Source of the DNA: Chloroflexota bacterium
GTDB taxonomy: Bacteria > Chloroflexota > UBA11872 > VXNJ01
DNA length: 64,000 nt
NCBI GenBank assembly: GCA_965261345.1
Contig: OZ253449.1
Span: 1,760,001-1,824,000, forward strand
Direction of reading: 5' to 3'
Notes under the pieces: generated by a model
Told to the model about the DNA's origin: nothing
Database searches by the model: none
Seen by the model: the letters and a program-made list of their open reading frames with translations, nothing else
In this document: piece after piece, positions 36,406 to 45,078 of the stretch
Position numbering within the stretch: the first letter of the stretch is position 1
Layout: every line of letters starts with the position of its first letter
Program-made: the position numbers and the translations under genes

Positions 36406-36951
36406 CTAGTTGTTCCTCCGCGCCATTGCGCCACGGCTGGGGCCCGGCACCAATATCACCGCGAACGAACCATTGCTCTCAGCCGCGATCGGGTTTTCAA
36501 CGTGCCCGACATCGTCGAGTTTGGTAACCACCTTGTTTAACAATTCGGCCGCCAGCTCGGGGTATACACGTTCACGGCCGCGCATCCGCACAGTGGCCTT
36601 AACCTTGGCGCCAGCGCTTAGAAACTTGGACATGCGCCGCAATTTGGTGTCGATGTCCTGGTCTGAGGTCACCGGTCGAAAGCGAACTTCCTTCACGTCG
36701 CCGGACCGCTGGTTCTTGCGGTTGCTTCGATCTTTCCGCTCTTGCCGATAACGGTACTTGCCGTAATCGAGAAATTTAGCGACCGGCGGCGAGGCATTGG
36801 GCGCCACCTCCACCAGGTCAAGCCCTTTCTGGCGGGCCAACGATAAAGCGTTGATGGTTGGCATCACGCCTAATTTCTGGTTTTGGTCATCAATTAATAG
36901 GACTTCGCGGTGCATGATGCTGTCGTTTATGCGAAGTTCCTTCGAACTCAT
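36406..36951 (-). CDS. infC: translation initiation factor IF-3 (divergent)
   Basis: RIN..I, LDLVEVAPNASPPV, DYGKY.Y, KEVRFRP, K..RGRE; AGGAG upstream of an ATG start. Confidence 0.95.
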   Translation of the reverse strand: MSSKELRINDSIMHREVLLIDDQNQKLGVMPTINALSLARQKGLDLVEVAPNASPPVAKFLDYGKYRYRQERKDRSNRKNQRSGDVKEVRFRPVTSDQDIDTKLRRMSKFLSAGAKVKATVRMRGRERVYPELAAELLNKVVTKLDDVGHVENPIAAESNGSFAVILVPGPSRGAMARRNN

Positions 36952-37139
36952 GCTCGTGGGGTGCTCCTAATTCCTTAAACCTTCCGCGGCCAAGGGCCGT
37001 CATTGAATATCCCATATTGGCGAAAATACCAGACGATTGCCAGTGGACCGAACAAAAATAGAGATCGACGCTCGATCGAAAACTTAAAGTCACGCAACTG
37101 GGCAGCGCGTTTATTGGACCAAATGTCGATTTACGCATT

Positions 37140-39488
37140 TTGCGTGGCCGGCCGCGGCATGATTCAGGCGGCAAGCCTGGTTTGGCGATGAAGTCGCTCC
37201 AGGCCTCGCTGCGACGTGGGATACCCAATAACACCTCGACCAACGTCGTTAGCATAACGACCCCGTTGCGGCGCAAGCGCCTGGGTGCGCTCAACCTCCT
37301 GGTGGAGGGCGCTAACCCGTCGATGCGCCATACCTTCGGTAACTCCCTAGTTTCGGCATACTATCGCCAAAGCGGCGAATCGATCGAAGCCAACGTGGCC
37401 CTGGCGACCCGCACCGCTTTGTCGGCCGCCGAAGGCCAGCGGCGCGAGGATGACCGGTCCGAACTCGGGTTTTCGCTGGCGATCGCTACCGATCAGATGC
37501 TGCACATATTTCAGTTGCCGCCGGCACTGGCCTTTTTTGTTCGGGGCGGGCAGGCCGCTCTGCTTCCGCCCACGGGGCCCGGCGCCGCGGCGCTGGGGCG
37601 GGTCGATCGAAGCGTGGAGCATTACTCGACAGCGCTTGAACCCGACGATGTTGTGGTGCTGGTTAATTCGTCGGCTGGGGCAGCGGTATCGAACCACGAG
37701 GTCAGTTCCCTGTATTCGCGCCGGCAATCGGCCATGTCGCCCGTGCAATTGGTTCTGCTGCTGCGGCGCCGCGGGGTTACCGATTGTGACGTTATGGTCC
37801 TGCATTCGCCCACACTGCCGCCGCCACCGGCCGCCAGGCCCGAAATGCGGCAGCGGTTGGTGCCCGAATGGCGGCGGCGGCCGGTGGCCGAAAGGGTCCA
37901 CCCGGGCATCGAGGACGCGGATCCGGTCGAATTGCTGCTCGCCGACGAAGCGCGTGCGGTCGTGGTTGGAGCCCGCGCCGAGCGAACTTCCGGTGTCCGC
38001 ACGCCAGGTCGTTTGAATGCCCTTGCCAATCCCGGTGCTCGGGCGCGCGGTGCCCGGTCGGGTTCGGGGTGGTCGCCGATCACCAGGATCCGGCGGCTGT
38101 TGTTTGGTGAACCGCGACCGATCGCGGTGGAGGATTCGTACGTTGCCGAATTGGCCAGCCGGAACCGCGTGGACAGCTCGGCCGAACAGCCGGTGCGCGA
38201 CCTTTTTGAGGAATTGCCGGGTACCGACGTTGAATCTACGTTCGGTGGCCTCAGCAGCGAGACGCTCGCGCGGCGACGAAACCCCGGACGCCGGCTTGGA
38301 CTGGGCGCCGCGCTTTTTGTCCTGGCGTTTGCGGTCTTATTGCTGGTCGTGCTCATTACCGGGTTGCGAACCCCGAACGAGTCGGCCGTGCCAAGCCCGT
38401 TCCAACCGGTAGTTTCCAGCCCCGCTCCGGCGGCGGTCGAGGGGGTGGGCGGTGGACAGGGGTTCACCCGCGCGCAGGAAATCCTCGCCGACGCCGGTGG
38501 TCAAACCGACGACGGCCAGGCCTTGGTATTGCTGCTGGAAGCCCAGAGCCAAGCGCGCCTGGCTGCCGACCTGGGCGCCAGCCAGGCTGATGTCGATGCC
38601 CTCCTGGCGCAAATAGCTCAGGAGCAGGACCGGCGCAACCGCGTATACCGGCTGGCCACCAGCCGAACTTTGGGCGACCTGGGTGGTGATATTGGCCGCG
38701 CCCGCGGCAATCAGCTGGAGGCGGTTGGCGGGGTTTATTACGTTCTCTCCGGTGCCGGCAACGAGCTCATCGAGATCGCTGAACCGGGCGTCGCCCAGGT
38801 GGCGCAACTGGACGGAACGGCCATCGCTGGCCAGGAGCTGACAGCGCTGGTGGCGCGCCCGCTGGGGTTGCTGTTGATCTCGGCTCAGGGCACGATCCTA
38901 AACATCGAACCCGACACAACCCCTGCCCGTCTGGTGGTCCTGGATCCCTCTGCCTGGAGCGGATTTGTCGATGTCGACAACTTCCAAAACAACCTCTACC
39001 GGCTGCAGCCGGAACTCAACCAGATCTTCAAATACACGCCGACGACGCTTGGCTATGAACTTGAACCGGTCGATTTCTTCGAACAACCGACCGACATCGG
39101 GTCGGCAATCGACATGGCAATCGACGGCGACATATATCTGCTGTTGGCCGACAACACGATCAAACGGTTACGCGTCGGCCAACAAATTACGTTTGAAGTG
39201 TCGGGCATCGACAAACCCCTAACCGGGGCTGCACTCATTTATACTGATCAGCGCCTCGAGAGCGTTTACGTGGTTGACGCAGGGTTCAACCGAATCGTTG
39301 AATTGGACAAACGGGCCGGACGTGAAGGTGAGTTTAAGCGCCAGTTCCTCTACACCGGCGCCGACGACTTCTTTGCCGATATCCGTGGAATCTGGGTGGA
39401 CGAGGTCGCCGGAGTGATGGTGGTGCTGGGGTCGGACTCGCTGCGCGAGTTCGTCCTGCCGCCTTTGGCGACCGCGCCGGGCAGCTAG
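37140..39488 (+). CDS. large single-pass membrane protein: degenerate PP2C-like N-domain, disordered linker, TM helix, C-terminal beta-propeller
   Basis: LEPDDVVVL.N, a TM segment LGLGAALFVLAFAVLLLVVLITGL, and propeller-like repeats NNLY.L...NQIFKY, DMAIDGDIYLL, VYVVD...NRIV. The start is uncertain; the frame is open from 37062. Confidence 0.7.
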   Translation: MRGRPRHDSGGKPGLAMKSLQASLRRGIPNNTSTNVVSITTPLRRKRLGALNLLVEGANPSMRHTFGNSLVSAYYRQSGESIEANVALATRTALSAAEGQRREDDRSELGFSLAIATDQMLHIFQLPPALAFFVRGGQAALLPPTGPGAAALGRVDRSVEHYSTALEPDDVVVLVNSSAGAAVSNHEVSSLYSRRQSAMSPVQLVLLLRRRGVTDCDVMVLHSPTLPPPPAARPEMRQRLVPEWRRRPVAERVHPGIEDADPVELLLADEARAVVVGARAERTSGVRTPGRLNALANPGARARGARSGSGWSPITRIRRLLFGEPRPIAVEDSYVAELASRNRVDSSAEQPVRDLFEELPGTDVESTFGGLSSETLARRRNPGRRLGLGAALFVLAFAVLLLVVLITGLRTPNESAVPSPFQPVVSSPAPAAVEGVGGGQGFTRAQEILADAGGQTDDGQALVLLLEAQSQARLAADLGASQADVDALLAQIAQEQDRRNRVYRLATSRTLGDLGGDIGRARGNQLEAVGGVYYVLSGAGNELIEIAEPGVAQVAQLDGTAIAGQELTALVARPLGLLLISAQGTILNIEPDTTPARLVVLDPSAWSGFVDVDNFQNNLYRLQPELNQIFKYTPTTLGYELEPVDFFEQPTDIGSAIDMAIDGDIYLLLADNTIKRLRVGQQITFEVSGIDKPLTGAALIYTDQRLESVYVVDAGFNRIVELDKRAGREGEFKRQFLYTGADDFFADIRGIWVDEVAGVMVVLGSDSLREFVLPPLATAPGS

Positions 39489-39500
39489 CCTTCCCACCGG

Positions 39501-39571
39501 AGCAGGCAGCGGGAATCGAACCCGCCTCTCAACCTTGGGAAGGTCGCGTTCTACCAATGAACTATGCCTGC
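39501..39571 (-). tRNA. tRNA-Gly, anticodon CCC; CCA not encoded
   Basis: Minus strand GCAGGCATAGTTCATTGGTAGAACGCGACCTTCCCAAGGTTGAGAGGCGGGTTCGATTCCCGCTGCCTGCT folds as a cloverleaf with acceptor stem GCAGGCA/TGCCTGC, a T-loop GTTCGATT and a U discriminator; it is followed by CCG. Confidence 0.97.
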
Positions 39572-39589
39572 CGGATACTTGTGGGAAAA

Positions 39590-39595
39590 ATTCTA
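39590..39595 (-). promoter_or_regulatory. putative -10 box TAGAAT for tRNA-Gly
   Basis: CCTAGAAT 18 nt upstream of the tRNA 5' end. Confidence 0.6.
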
Positions 39596-39708
39596 GGGTT
39601 TTTCGCCGCGTCTGGACCGCCCCCGGCAATTTTCCAGGTCAGCCACGACAACCCTGCCGGCGCTCCGGCCTCGGGAATGTTTTTGCGCGCCGTTGCAAGG
39701 TTTCTCTA

Positions 39709-41466
39709 ATGCTCAAACGCGATGCGACTTGTGGTTCGCTAGGTAGCGCCCACGTTGGCTCCAGCGCCACCCTGGGCGGATGGGTTCACCGCCGCCGCGA
39801 TCATGGCGGCCTCGTATTTATCGACTTGCGAGACCGCTACGGTCTCACCCAGGTGGTATTCGACCCAAGTTCAAATCCAAAAGCACACGCGGCCGCCGCC
39901 CGCCTGCGCAGCGAATGGGTGGTCCTAGTCCACGGCCAGGTCGCGGCGCGCCCGCCGGGAACTGCCAACCCCGATCTGGTGACCGGGCAGATCGAGCTGC
40001 ACGCCGAACGGTTGGAAATCGTGAACCCGGCCGAAACTCCCCCGTTTGCCATCGACGACGAGTCGGCCGCCAGCCCCGAGCTGCGTATGCGTTACCGCTA
40101 TCTTGACCTGCGACAGCGCGCGCAACGCGAAGTGCTTGAACTACGTCACCGGATAGTCAAACGAATGCGCGATTTTCTCGACCAGCGCCAATTTCTGGAG
40201 ATCGAGACGCCGTTACTGATCAAGTCCACGCCGGAGGGCGCGCGCGATTTCGTAGTTCCCTCGCGCCAGCACAACGGGAGTTTTTACGCACTGCCGCAAT
40301 CGCCGCAGCAAATGAAGCAGATTCTCATGATCGCCGGATTGGATCGTTACTTCCAAATTGCCAAGTGCTTTCGCGACGAGGATCCGCGGGCCGATCGAAG
40401 CCTTGAATTTACTCAGCTGGACATTGAAATGGCGTTCGTTGACGGCGAGGACGTGATGGGCCTGGTTGAGGAGCTCTATCGCCAGGTCATTGGCGAATTG
40501 TCAAGCAGGCGGCTGCCGGACAAGCCATTTACGCGAATCGATTACTACGAGTGCCTGGAGCGGTTTGGCAGCGATGCCCCGGACCTGCGCATCCCGATGG
40601 AGATCTGTGACCTAACCGACCTGACGGCCGACTGCGGATTTCGGGCCTTCGGCGCGGCGACGGCGGCCGGCGGCCGCGTGCGCGGTTTGCGGTTGCCGGG
40701 CTGTGCGGCCTATTCGCGCCGCCAGCTGGACGAATTGACCGAACTTGCCCAATCCGCTGGGGCCCTAGGGGTCGTGTGGTTAGCGCACCGTGAAGCCGGC
40801 TACTGGGGCCCCCTGGCGCGGGTTCTTCAGCCGTCCGAATTAGAACTGATTGCCGACCGGCTCTCGCTCGAGCGGGGCGATCTGGCGGCGATCGTGGCCG
40901 ATTCCGACGCCGTGACCGGCCCGGTCCTTGGATCGCTGCGCGAGCGGATCGGGCAACGCCTGGGCATGCGGGACCCCGATCAGCTCGCCTTTTGTTGGGT
41001 GACCGGCTTCCCGCTGCTTGAGCGCCAAGGTGATGGATTTACGTTTTCGCACAATCCGTTCTGCGGAATGCCGGCGGGTAGCGAGCACCTGCTGGATACC
41101 GATCCGGCGGCAGCGCCCTCGCTTCAGTACGATTTGGTCTGCAACGGGTGGGAGCTGGGTGGCGGATCGATTCGGATCCACGATCCCAAGCTGCAGCGCA
41201 AGGTCTTCGGTCTGCTCGGATATTCCGAGGACGCGATCGAATCCAATTTCGGACCGATGTTGCGGGCGTTCGATTTCGGCGTTCCGCCGCACGGTGGGAT
41301 TGCCACCGGTATCGACCGCTTGGTCATGCTGCTGGCCGGGCGTGATTCGATTCGCGACGTGGTCGCTTTCCCCAAGACTCAGGATGGCGTGGATCTGGCG
41401 CAGGCCGCCCCCGGAGAAATTTCGACCGTCCAGCTCAATGAATTGGGTTTACTGATCAGGGACTAG
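39709..41466 (+). CDS. aspS: aspartate--tRNA ligase, probably non-discriminating (Asp/Asn)
   Basis: GWVHRRRDHGGLVFIDLRD, STPEGARDF, ALPQSPQ, CFRDED.RADR, PPHGG.A.G.DR. The His (RDH) and Gly (PPG) positions are typical of ND-AspRS. ATG at 39709. Confidence 0.97.
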   Translation: MLKRDATCGSLGSAHVGSSATLGGWVHRRRDHGGLVFIDLRDRYGLTQVVFDPSSNPKAHAAAARLRSEWVVLVHGQVAARPPGTANPDLVTGQIELHAERLEIVNPAETPPFAIDDESAASPELRMRYRYLDLRQRAQREVLELRHRIVKRMRDFLDQRQFLEIETPLLIKSTPEGARDFVVPSRQHNGSFYALPQSPQQMKQILMIAGLDRYFQIAKCFRDEDPRADRSLEFTQLDIEMAFVDGEDVMGLVEELYRQVIGELSSRRLPDKPFTRIDYYECLERFGSDAPDLRIPMEICDLTDLTADCGFRAFGAATAAGGRVRGLRLPGCAAYSRRQLDELTELAQSAGALGVVWLAHREAGYWGPLARVLQPSELELIADRLSLERGDLAAIVADSDAVTGPVLGSLRERIGQRLGMRDPDQLAFCWVTGFPLLERQGDGFTFSHNPFCGMPAGSEHLLDTDPAAAPSLQYDLVCNGWELGGGSIRIHDPKLQRKVFGLLGYSEDAIESNFGPMLRAFDFGVPPHGGIATGIDRLVMLLAGRDSIRDVVAFPKTQDGVDLAQAAPGEISTVQLNELGLLIRD

Positions 41467-41486
41467 GCACGATCGCCGCGGTTGGT

Positions 41487-41492
41487 CATAAT
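41487..41492 (+). promoter_or_regulatory. putative -10 box CATAAT of the 6S RNA
   Basis: Lies 6 nt upstream of the first base of the 6S closing stem. Confidence 0.55.
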
Positions 41493-41498
41493 TTGGCC

Positions 41499-41680
41499 GA
41501 CAGGGTTCTCGACGCCGTACGATACCGTGTCAGCCCCAGATCGGTTCCAACAGCTCTTAAAAGGGAGCTTGGCTGGTGGCGGGGACGGCTTTTCGCAGTT
41601 GTTTCCGTCGGCCGCGGGCACCCACCTGGTAACCCGGGGACTGTTGGGGCGCACGCCGGCGGCGGTGGTGAACCCTGTCT
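41499..41680 (+). ncRNA. ssrS: 6S RNA
   Basis: About 182-nt rod. Closing stem GACAGGGTTC (41499-41508)/GAACCCTGTC (41670-41679); inner stems GCCCCAG/TTGGGGC and CGGTTCC/GGGACTG; central bubble flanked by GGGAGC (41563) and GGCACCCACCTG (41617), as in Firmicutes-type 6S; lies downstream of aspS. Confidence 0.88.
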
Positions 41681-41799
41681 TATGTTCGGCTCGGCCGCGG
41701 GGCAATCCTTTTCTCCCGCCGCTGCGTATATAAATACATGCGGGGCCCAATCCATTACCAGTCTGCCCAGGCCGATCTTGGACTAAGAAAACTAGCCTG

Positions 41800-42450
41800 A
41801 TGATCAACTACGGCCGGATCGCGGCCTCAAAAGCAGCTTCCGCAAGCGCGGTCGACCCGGCCGCGATCGAGCGGGTATCACGCACCCAGGATGCCGAGCT
41901 CGCGGCCAGGATCTTGGAGCGTGACGGAGCAGCCCTGGCCGAACTGTACGACCGCCTGGCCGGTTTGCTGCACGCGCTGGCCCGCCAGCGGGTTCCGCCC
42001 GAGGTCGCCGACGAGATCGTCCAGGACACCTTCGTGCGGGTCTGGCGCCGAATCTCAACCTTTGATCCCGAACGGGGCCGGTTGGATTCCTGGGTGCTGC
42101 GGATCGGGCGCAACCTGACCTTTGACGAACTGCGGCGGATGCGCAGCCGGCCGCAGACCGTACCCGGCGATTGGTACCGGGGCGAGAACGATATCGATGA
42201 GAACGCGATTGATCCGGCGGCGGCGCTAGTCGGCGCGCAATTGCGGGCGAGAGTGCGTTCTGCCTGTTCACAGTTGCCGGCCGAGCAGGCCAAGGTAATC
42301 GAGCTGGCCTACTTCCAAGGCCACACTCAATCCGAAATTTCCGGGATTCTGCAAATCCCGTTGGGGACCGTTAAGTCGCGCACGCGGGCCGCGCTCATGG
42401 CGCTGCGCGACCGACTCCCCGACCTGGCCAAGCTTCCGTCAGGGTCCTGA
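41800..42450 (+). CDS. ECF RNA polymerase sigma factor, SigK-like
   Basis: ALAELYDR, EIVQDTF.RVWR....FDPERG...SW..RI.RN..D.LR, LAYFQGHTQSEI...L.IPLGTVKSR.R. Confidence 0.92.
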   Translation: MINYGRIAASKAASASAVDPAAIERVSRTQDAELAARILERDGAALAELYDRLAGLLHALARQRVPPEVADEIVQDTFVRVWRRISTFDPERGRLDSWVLRIGRNLTFDELRRMRSRPQTVPGDWYRGENDIDENAIDPAAALVGAQLRARVRSACSQLPAEQAKVIELAYFQGHTQSEISGILQIPLGTVKSRTRAALMALRDRLPDLAKLPSGS

Positions 42451-42452
42451 GC

Positions 42453-43238
42453 ATGCCACCAGAGTTCGACCGCCAACGGATCGAGGAACTCCTCGCGGCG
42501 CGGGCATTGGGCTGCATCGATGCCGAGGACGCCCGCATGCTCGAGGCGATCCTGGCCGAGAATCCCGGCCTTGAGCGGGAGCTGTCCGAGCTGGAGGAAA
42601 CCGCCAGTCTACTCAGCTTTGGCCTTGACCCCTCTCATCCGAATCCCGAAGTGCGGCGGCGGGTGCTTGCCACCTGCGGCTGCCAGGTCGAAGCCTGGTG
42701 GAATCGTCTGGCCAACCTGCGCTGGTTCCCGGCGATGGCGACTACCTCGGCGGTGACCGCTTCGGTGCTGGTGGCGGTATTTGCCACCTCGAACGTCCTC
42801 AATTCGGAAATCGAGGGTCTGCAGACCCAGGTGGCCAGCGACAGCAGCAGCTGGCAGGTGCTCGAGCGCGAGTGCTCGGCCCTGGCTCAGTCCGAAGGAG
42901 GCGGGGTGTTGCTGGAGGGGCAGGGTCCGGCGGCGGACGCGCGCGGATGTCTTTTGATGACCTCGAATCCGCGCCAGGCGATGCTCTTCGTCTCGGGGCT
43001 CGACACGGTGGCGGTCGACGGCCACTCGTTCCGCGTTTGGCTGGGCGACGGCAACCGCGCCGACCTCTCCTACGGCGGGTCCTGTCCGGCCTGGCGCTCG
43101 GGCCGGGCGGTGGTGACTCTAAATACGGTCGCGCCGATCAATTCCTACCAGGACTTGGTGCTTACCGTCGAACCGGCCTCCCACACTGGTGACGAACCGA
43201 TCGGTGAGCCGGTACTGTGGGCCGATTTGAAGGTATAG
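42453..43238 (+). CDS. anti-sigma factor, RskA-like
   Basis: ELL.A.ALG...E N-domain, one TM helix, C-terminal VWL...LTVEP....P.GEPVL; coupled to the sigma gene. Confidence 0.85.
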   Translation: MPPEFDRQRIEELLAARALGCIDAEDARMLEAILAENPGLERELSELEETASLLSFGLDPSHPNPEVRRRVLATCGCQVEAWWNRLANLRWFPAMATTSAVTASVLVAVFATSNVLNSEIEGLQTQVASDSSSWQVLERECSALAQSEGGGVLLEGQGPAADARGCLLMTSNPRQAMLFVSGLDTVAVDGHSFRVWLGDGNRADLSYGGSCPAWRSGRAVVTLNTVAPINSYQDLVLTVEPASHTGDEPIGEPVLWADLKV

Positions 43239-43245
43239 GCGGAAT

Positions 43246-43266
43246 CGGGCGCCGAACGCGCGCCCG
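43246..43266. terminator. GC hairpin between convergent genes (possible bidirectional terminator, no U tract)
   Basis: CGGGCGC-7-nt loop-GCGCCCG. Confidence 0.35.
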
Positions 43267-45078
43267 CTAGCTGGATCGCGCCAGTGCCTCGGTCATTTCG
43301 GCATCGGCCAGCTCAAATCCGATCTCATACATCCGGCGGTAGTGGCCATGCTGGGCCAGCAGTTGCTCGTGCGTCCCGCGTTCGATTATTTGGCCCGCAT
43401 CGACGACCAGGATCTGATCGGCGTTCTGGATGGTCGAGAGGCGGTGGGCGATGACGATCGAGGTTCGTCCCTCGATCAACTTGGCCAGGGCCGATTGCAC
43501 CAGTACTTCGGTTTTGGTGTCGACCGAGGATGTGGCTTCGTCGAGCACCAAGATGCACGGGTCGATTAGCAGCGCTCGCGCAAACGAGAGCAGTTGTCGC
43601 TGGCCCACCGAAAGCTGGCTGCCGCGTTCGTTTACATAAGTGTCATAACCATAATCCATGGCCAAGATCGACTCGTGCAGGTTGGCGGTCTTGGCCGCAG
43701 CGATTACTTCCTCGCGCGAGGCTCCGGGCCGTCCGTAGGCGATGTTCTGGTGGATGGTGCCCCTAAACAGGAACGGGTCCTGCAGTACCAGGCCCATCTG
43801 CGAGCGCAGGGACCGCTGGGTGACTGTGCGCACATCGTATCCGTCAACTCGAATCGATCCCGAGGAGATGTCGTAAAACCGGTAGAGCAGGTTGACCATG
43901 GTGGTCTTGCCCGCCCCGGTGGCACCGACCAAGGCGAATGTCTGTCCCGGCTCGATCGCAAACGAGACCTTGTGGAGAACCGGTTGATCGGGCAGGTAGG
44001 AAAAATCCACCTGGTCGAAATCAACCCGACCGGATATGGCCGGCAGTTCAATCGCATCGCTGCGGTCCTTGACCAATTCCTCGGTTTCAATGATGCCGAA
44101 TATGCGTTCGGCCGAGGCCATCGCCGCCTGGAGTAGGTCAAAACGCACGCCGATCTCCTGGATTGGGCCGAAAAGCCGCTGCACATAAAGCAGGAACGTT
44201 ACGACCACCCCCAACTGCAGGGCACCTTCACCAAGCACCAGCGAGCCGCCGTAAACCAGCACCGCGGCAATTGCGACGGCCGCCAGAATATCGGTTACCG
44301 GGATGATGGTTACCCCGATCAATCGCGCTTTTCGGTGGGCGTCCAGTGTCTTCTGGGTAACCAGACCGAAAAGGCGTTCGTTCTCGCGCTCGCGGGTAAA
44401 GGATTTGGTGGTGCGGATACCCAGTATGCTCTCGGCCAGATTGGCGTTGGTTTCCGAGAGCAGGGCCCGGACCCAGCGATAGGCGCGCGCCGCATGAATC
44501 CGGAACAGCGCACCGAAAATGGCCAGCAACGGCATGACCGCAAACGCTACCAGCGCCAGCTGCCACGACAGGCTGAGCATGATGATAAATACGCCGCACA
44601 CCGTGATCAGGTCCACGACCGTCCAGACCAGCCCTTCGGTCATGACCTCGTTGAGGGTGTAGACGTCGCCCAGAAAGCGCGAGAGGATGGACCCGGAATT
44701 GGTGCGGTCAAAGAATCCCAGCGAGAGTCGTTGAATCTTGTTAAACATCTCCATCCGGATCTGGTACATCATCGACTGGCCGATGTTGCCGGTCGTCCAG
44801 ACCATTAATCCGGCCGCGACCGAGGCCGCGGTCGCCAGGAATAAATAGGCCAGCGACATTTGCCCGAGCAGGACGACATCACTGGCGGCGATGCCGCGGT
44901 CGATCGCCACCCCAACCACAATCGGCTGAATCATATTGGCAACCGTAATGACCGCCCCGAGCGTGCCAGCCAGCATCACGCGCCGCGGTCTGGCGAGGGT
45001 ATAGGCGAACATTCGGCGAAAGAGCCCGGCATTAAACGGTGCTCGCGCCCGCTCGATATCGTGCCGGTAGTGGATCAC
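43267..45078 (-). CDS. ABC exporter subunit (TMD+NBD) with canonical Walker B and H-switch
   Basis: GATGAGKT, LSVGQRQ, LDEATS, IAHR. Confidence 0.93.
   Translation of the reverse strand: MIHYRHDIERARAPFNAGLFRRMFAYTLARPRRVMLAGTLGAVITVANMIQPIVVGVAIDRGIAASDVVLLGQMSLAYLFLATAASVAAGLMVWTTGNIGQSMMYQIRMEMFNKIQRLSLGFFDRTNSGSILSRFLGDVYTLNEVMTEGLVWTVVDLITVCGVFIIMLSLSWQLALVAFAVMPLLAIFGALFRIHAARAYRWVRALLSETNANLAESILGIRTTKSFTRERENERLFGLVTQKTLDAHRKARLIGVTIIPVTDILAAVAIAAVLVYGGSLVLGEGALQLGVVVTFLLYVQRLFGPIQEIGVRFDLLQAAMASAERIFGIIETEELVKDRSDAIELPAISGRVDFDQVDFSYLPDQPVLHKVSFAIEPGQTFALVGATGAGKTTMVNLLYRFYDISSGSIRVDGYDVRTVTQRSLRSQMGLVLQDPFLFRGTIHQNIAYGRPGASREEVIAAAKTANLHESILAMDYGYDTYVNERGSQLSVGQRQLLSFARALLIDPCILVLDEATSSVDTKTEVLVQSALAKLIEGRTSIVIAHRLSTIQNADQILVVDAGQIIERGTHEQLLAQHGHYRRMYEIGFELADAEMTEALARSS

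Noticed and set aside
39489-39571. tRNA-Gly as an integration site
   Set aside because: No duplicated tRNA 3' end was noticed in the window and no integrase is adjacent.
41463-41807. Short ORFs between aspS and the sigma factor
   Set aside because: Better explained by the 6S RNA structure and promoter sequence.
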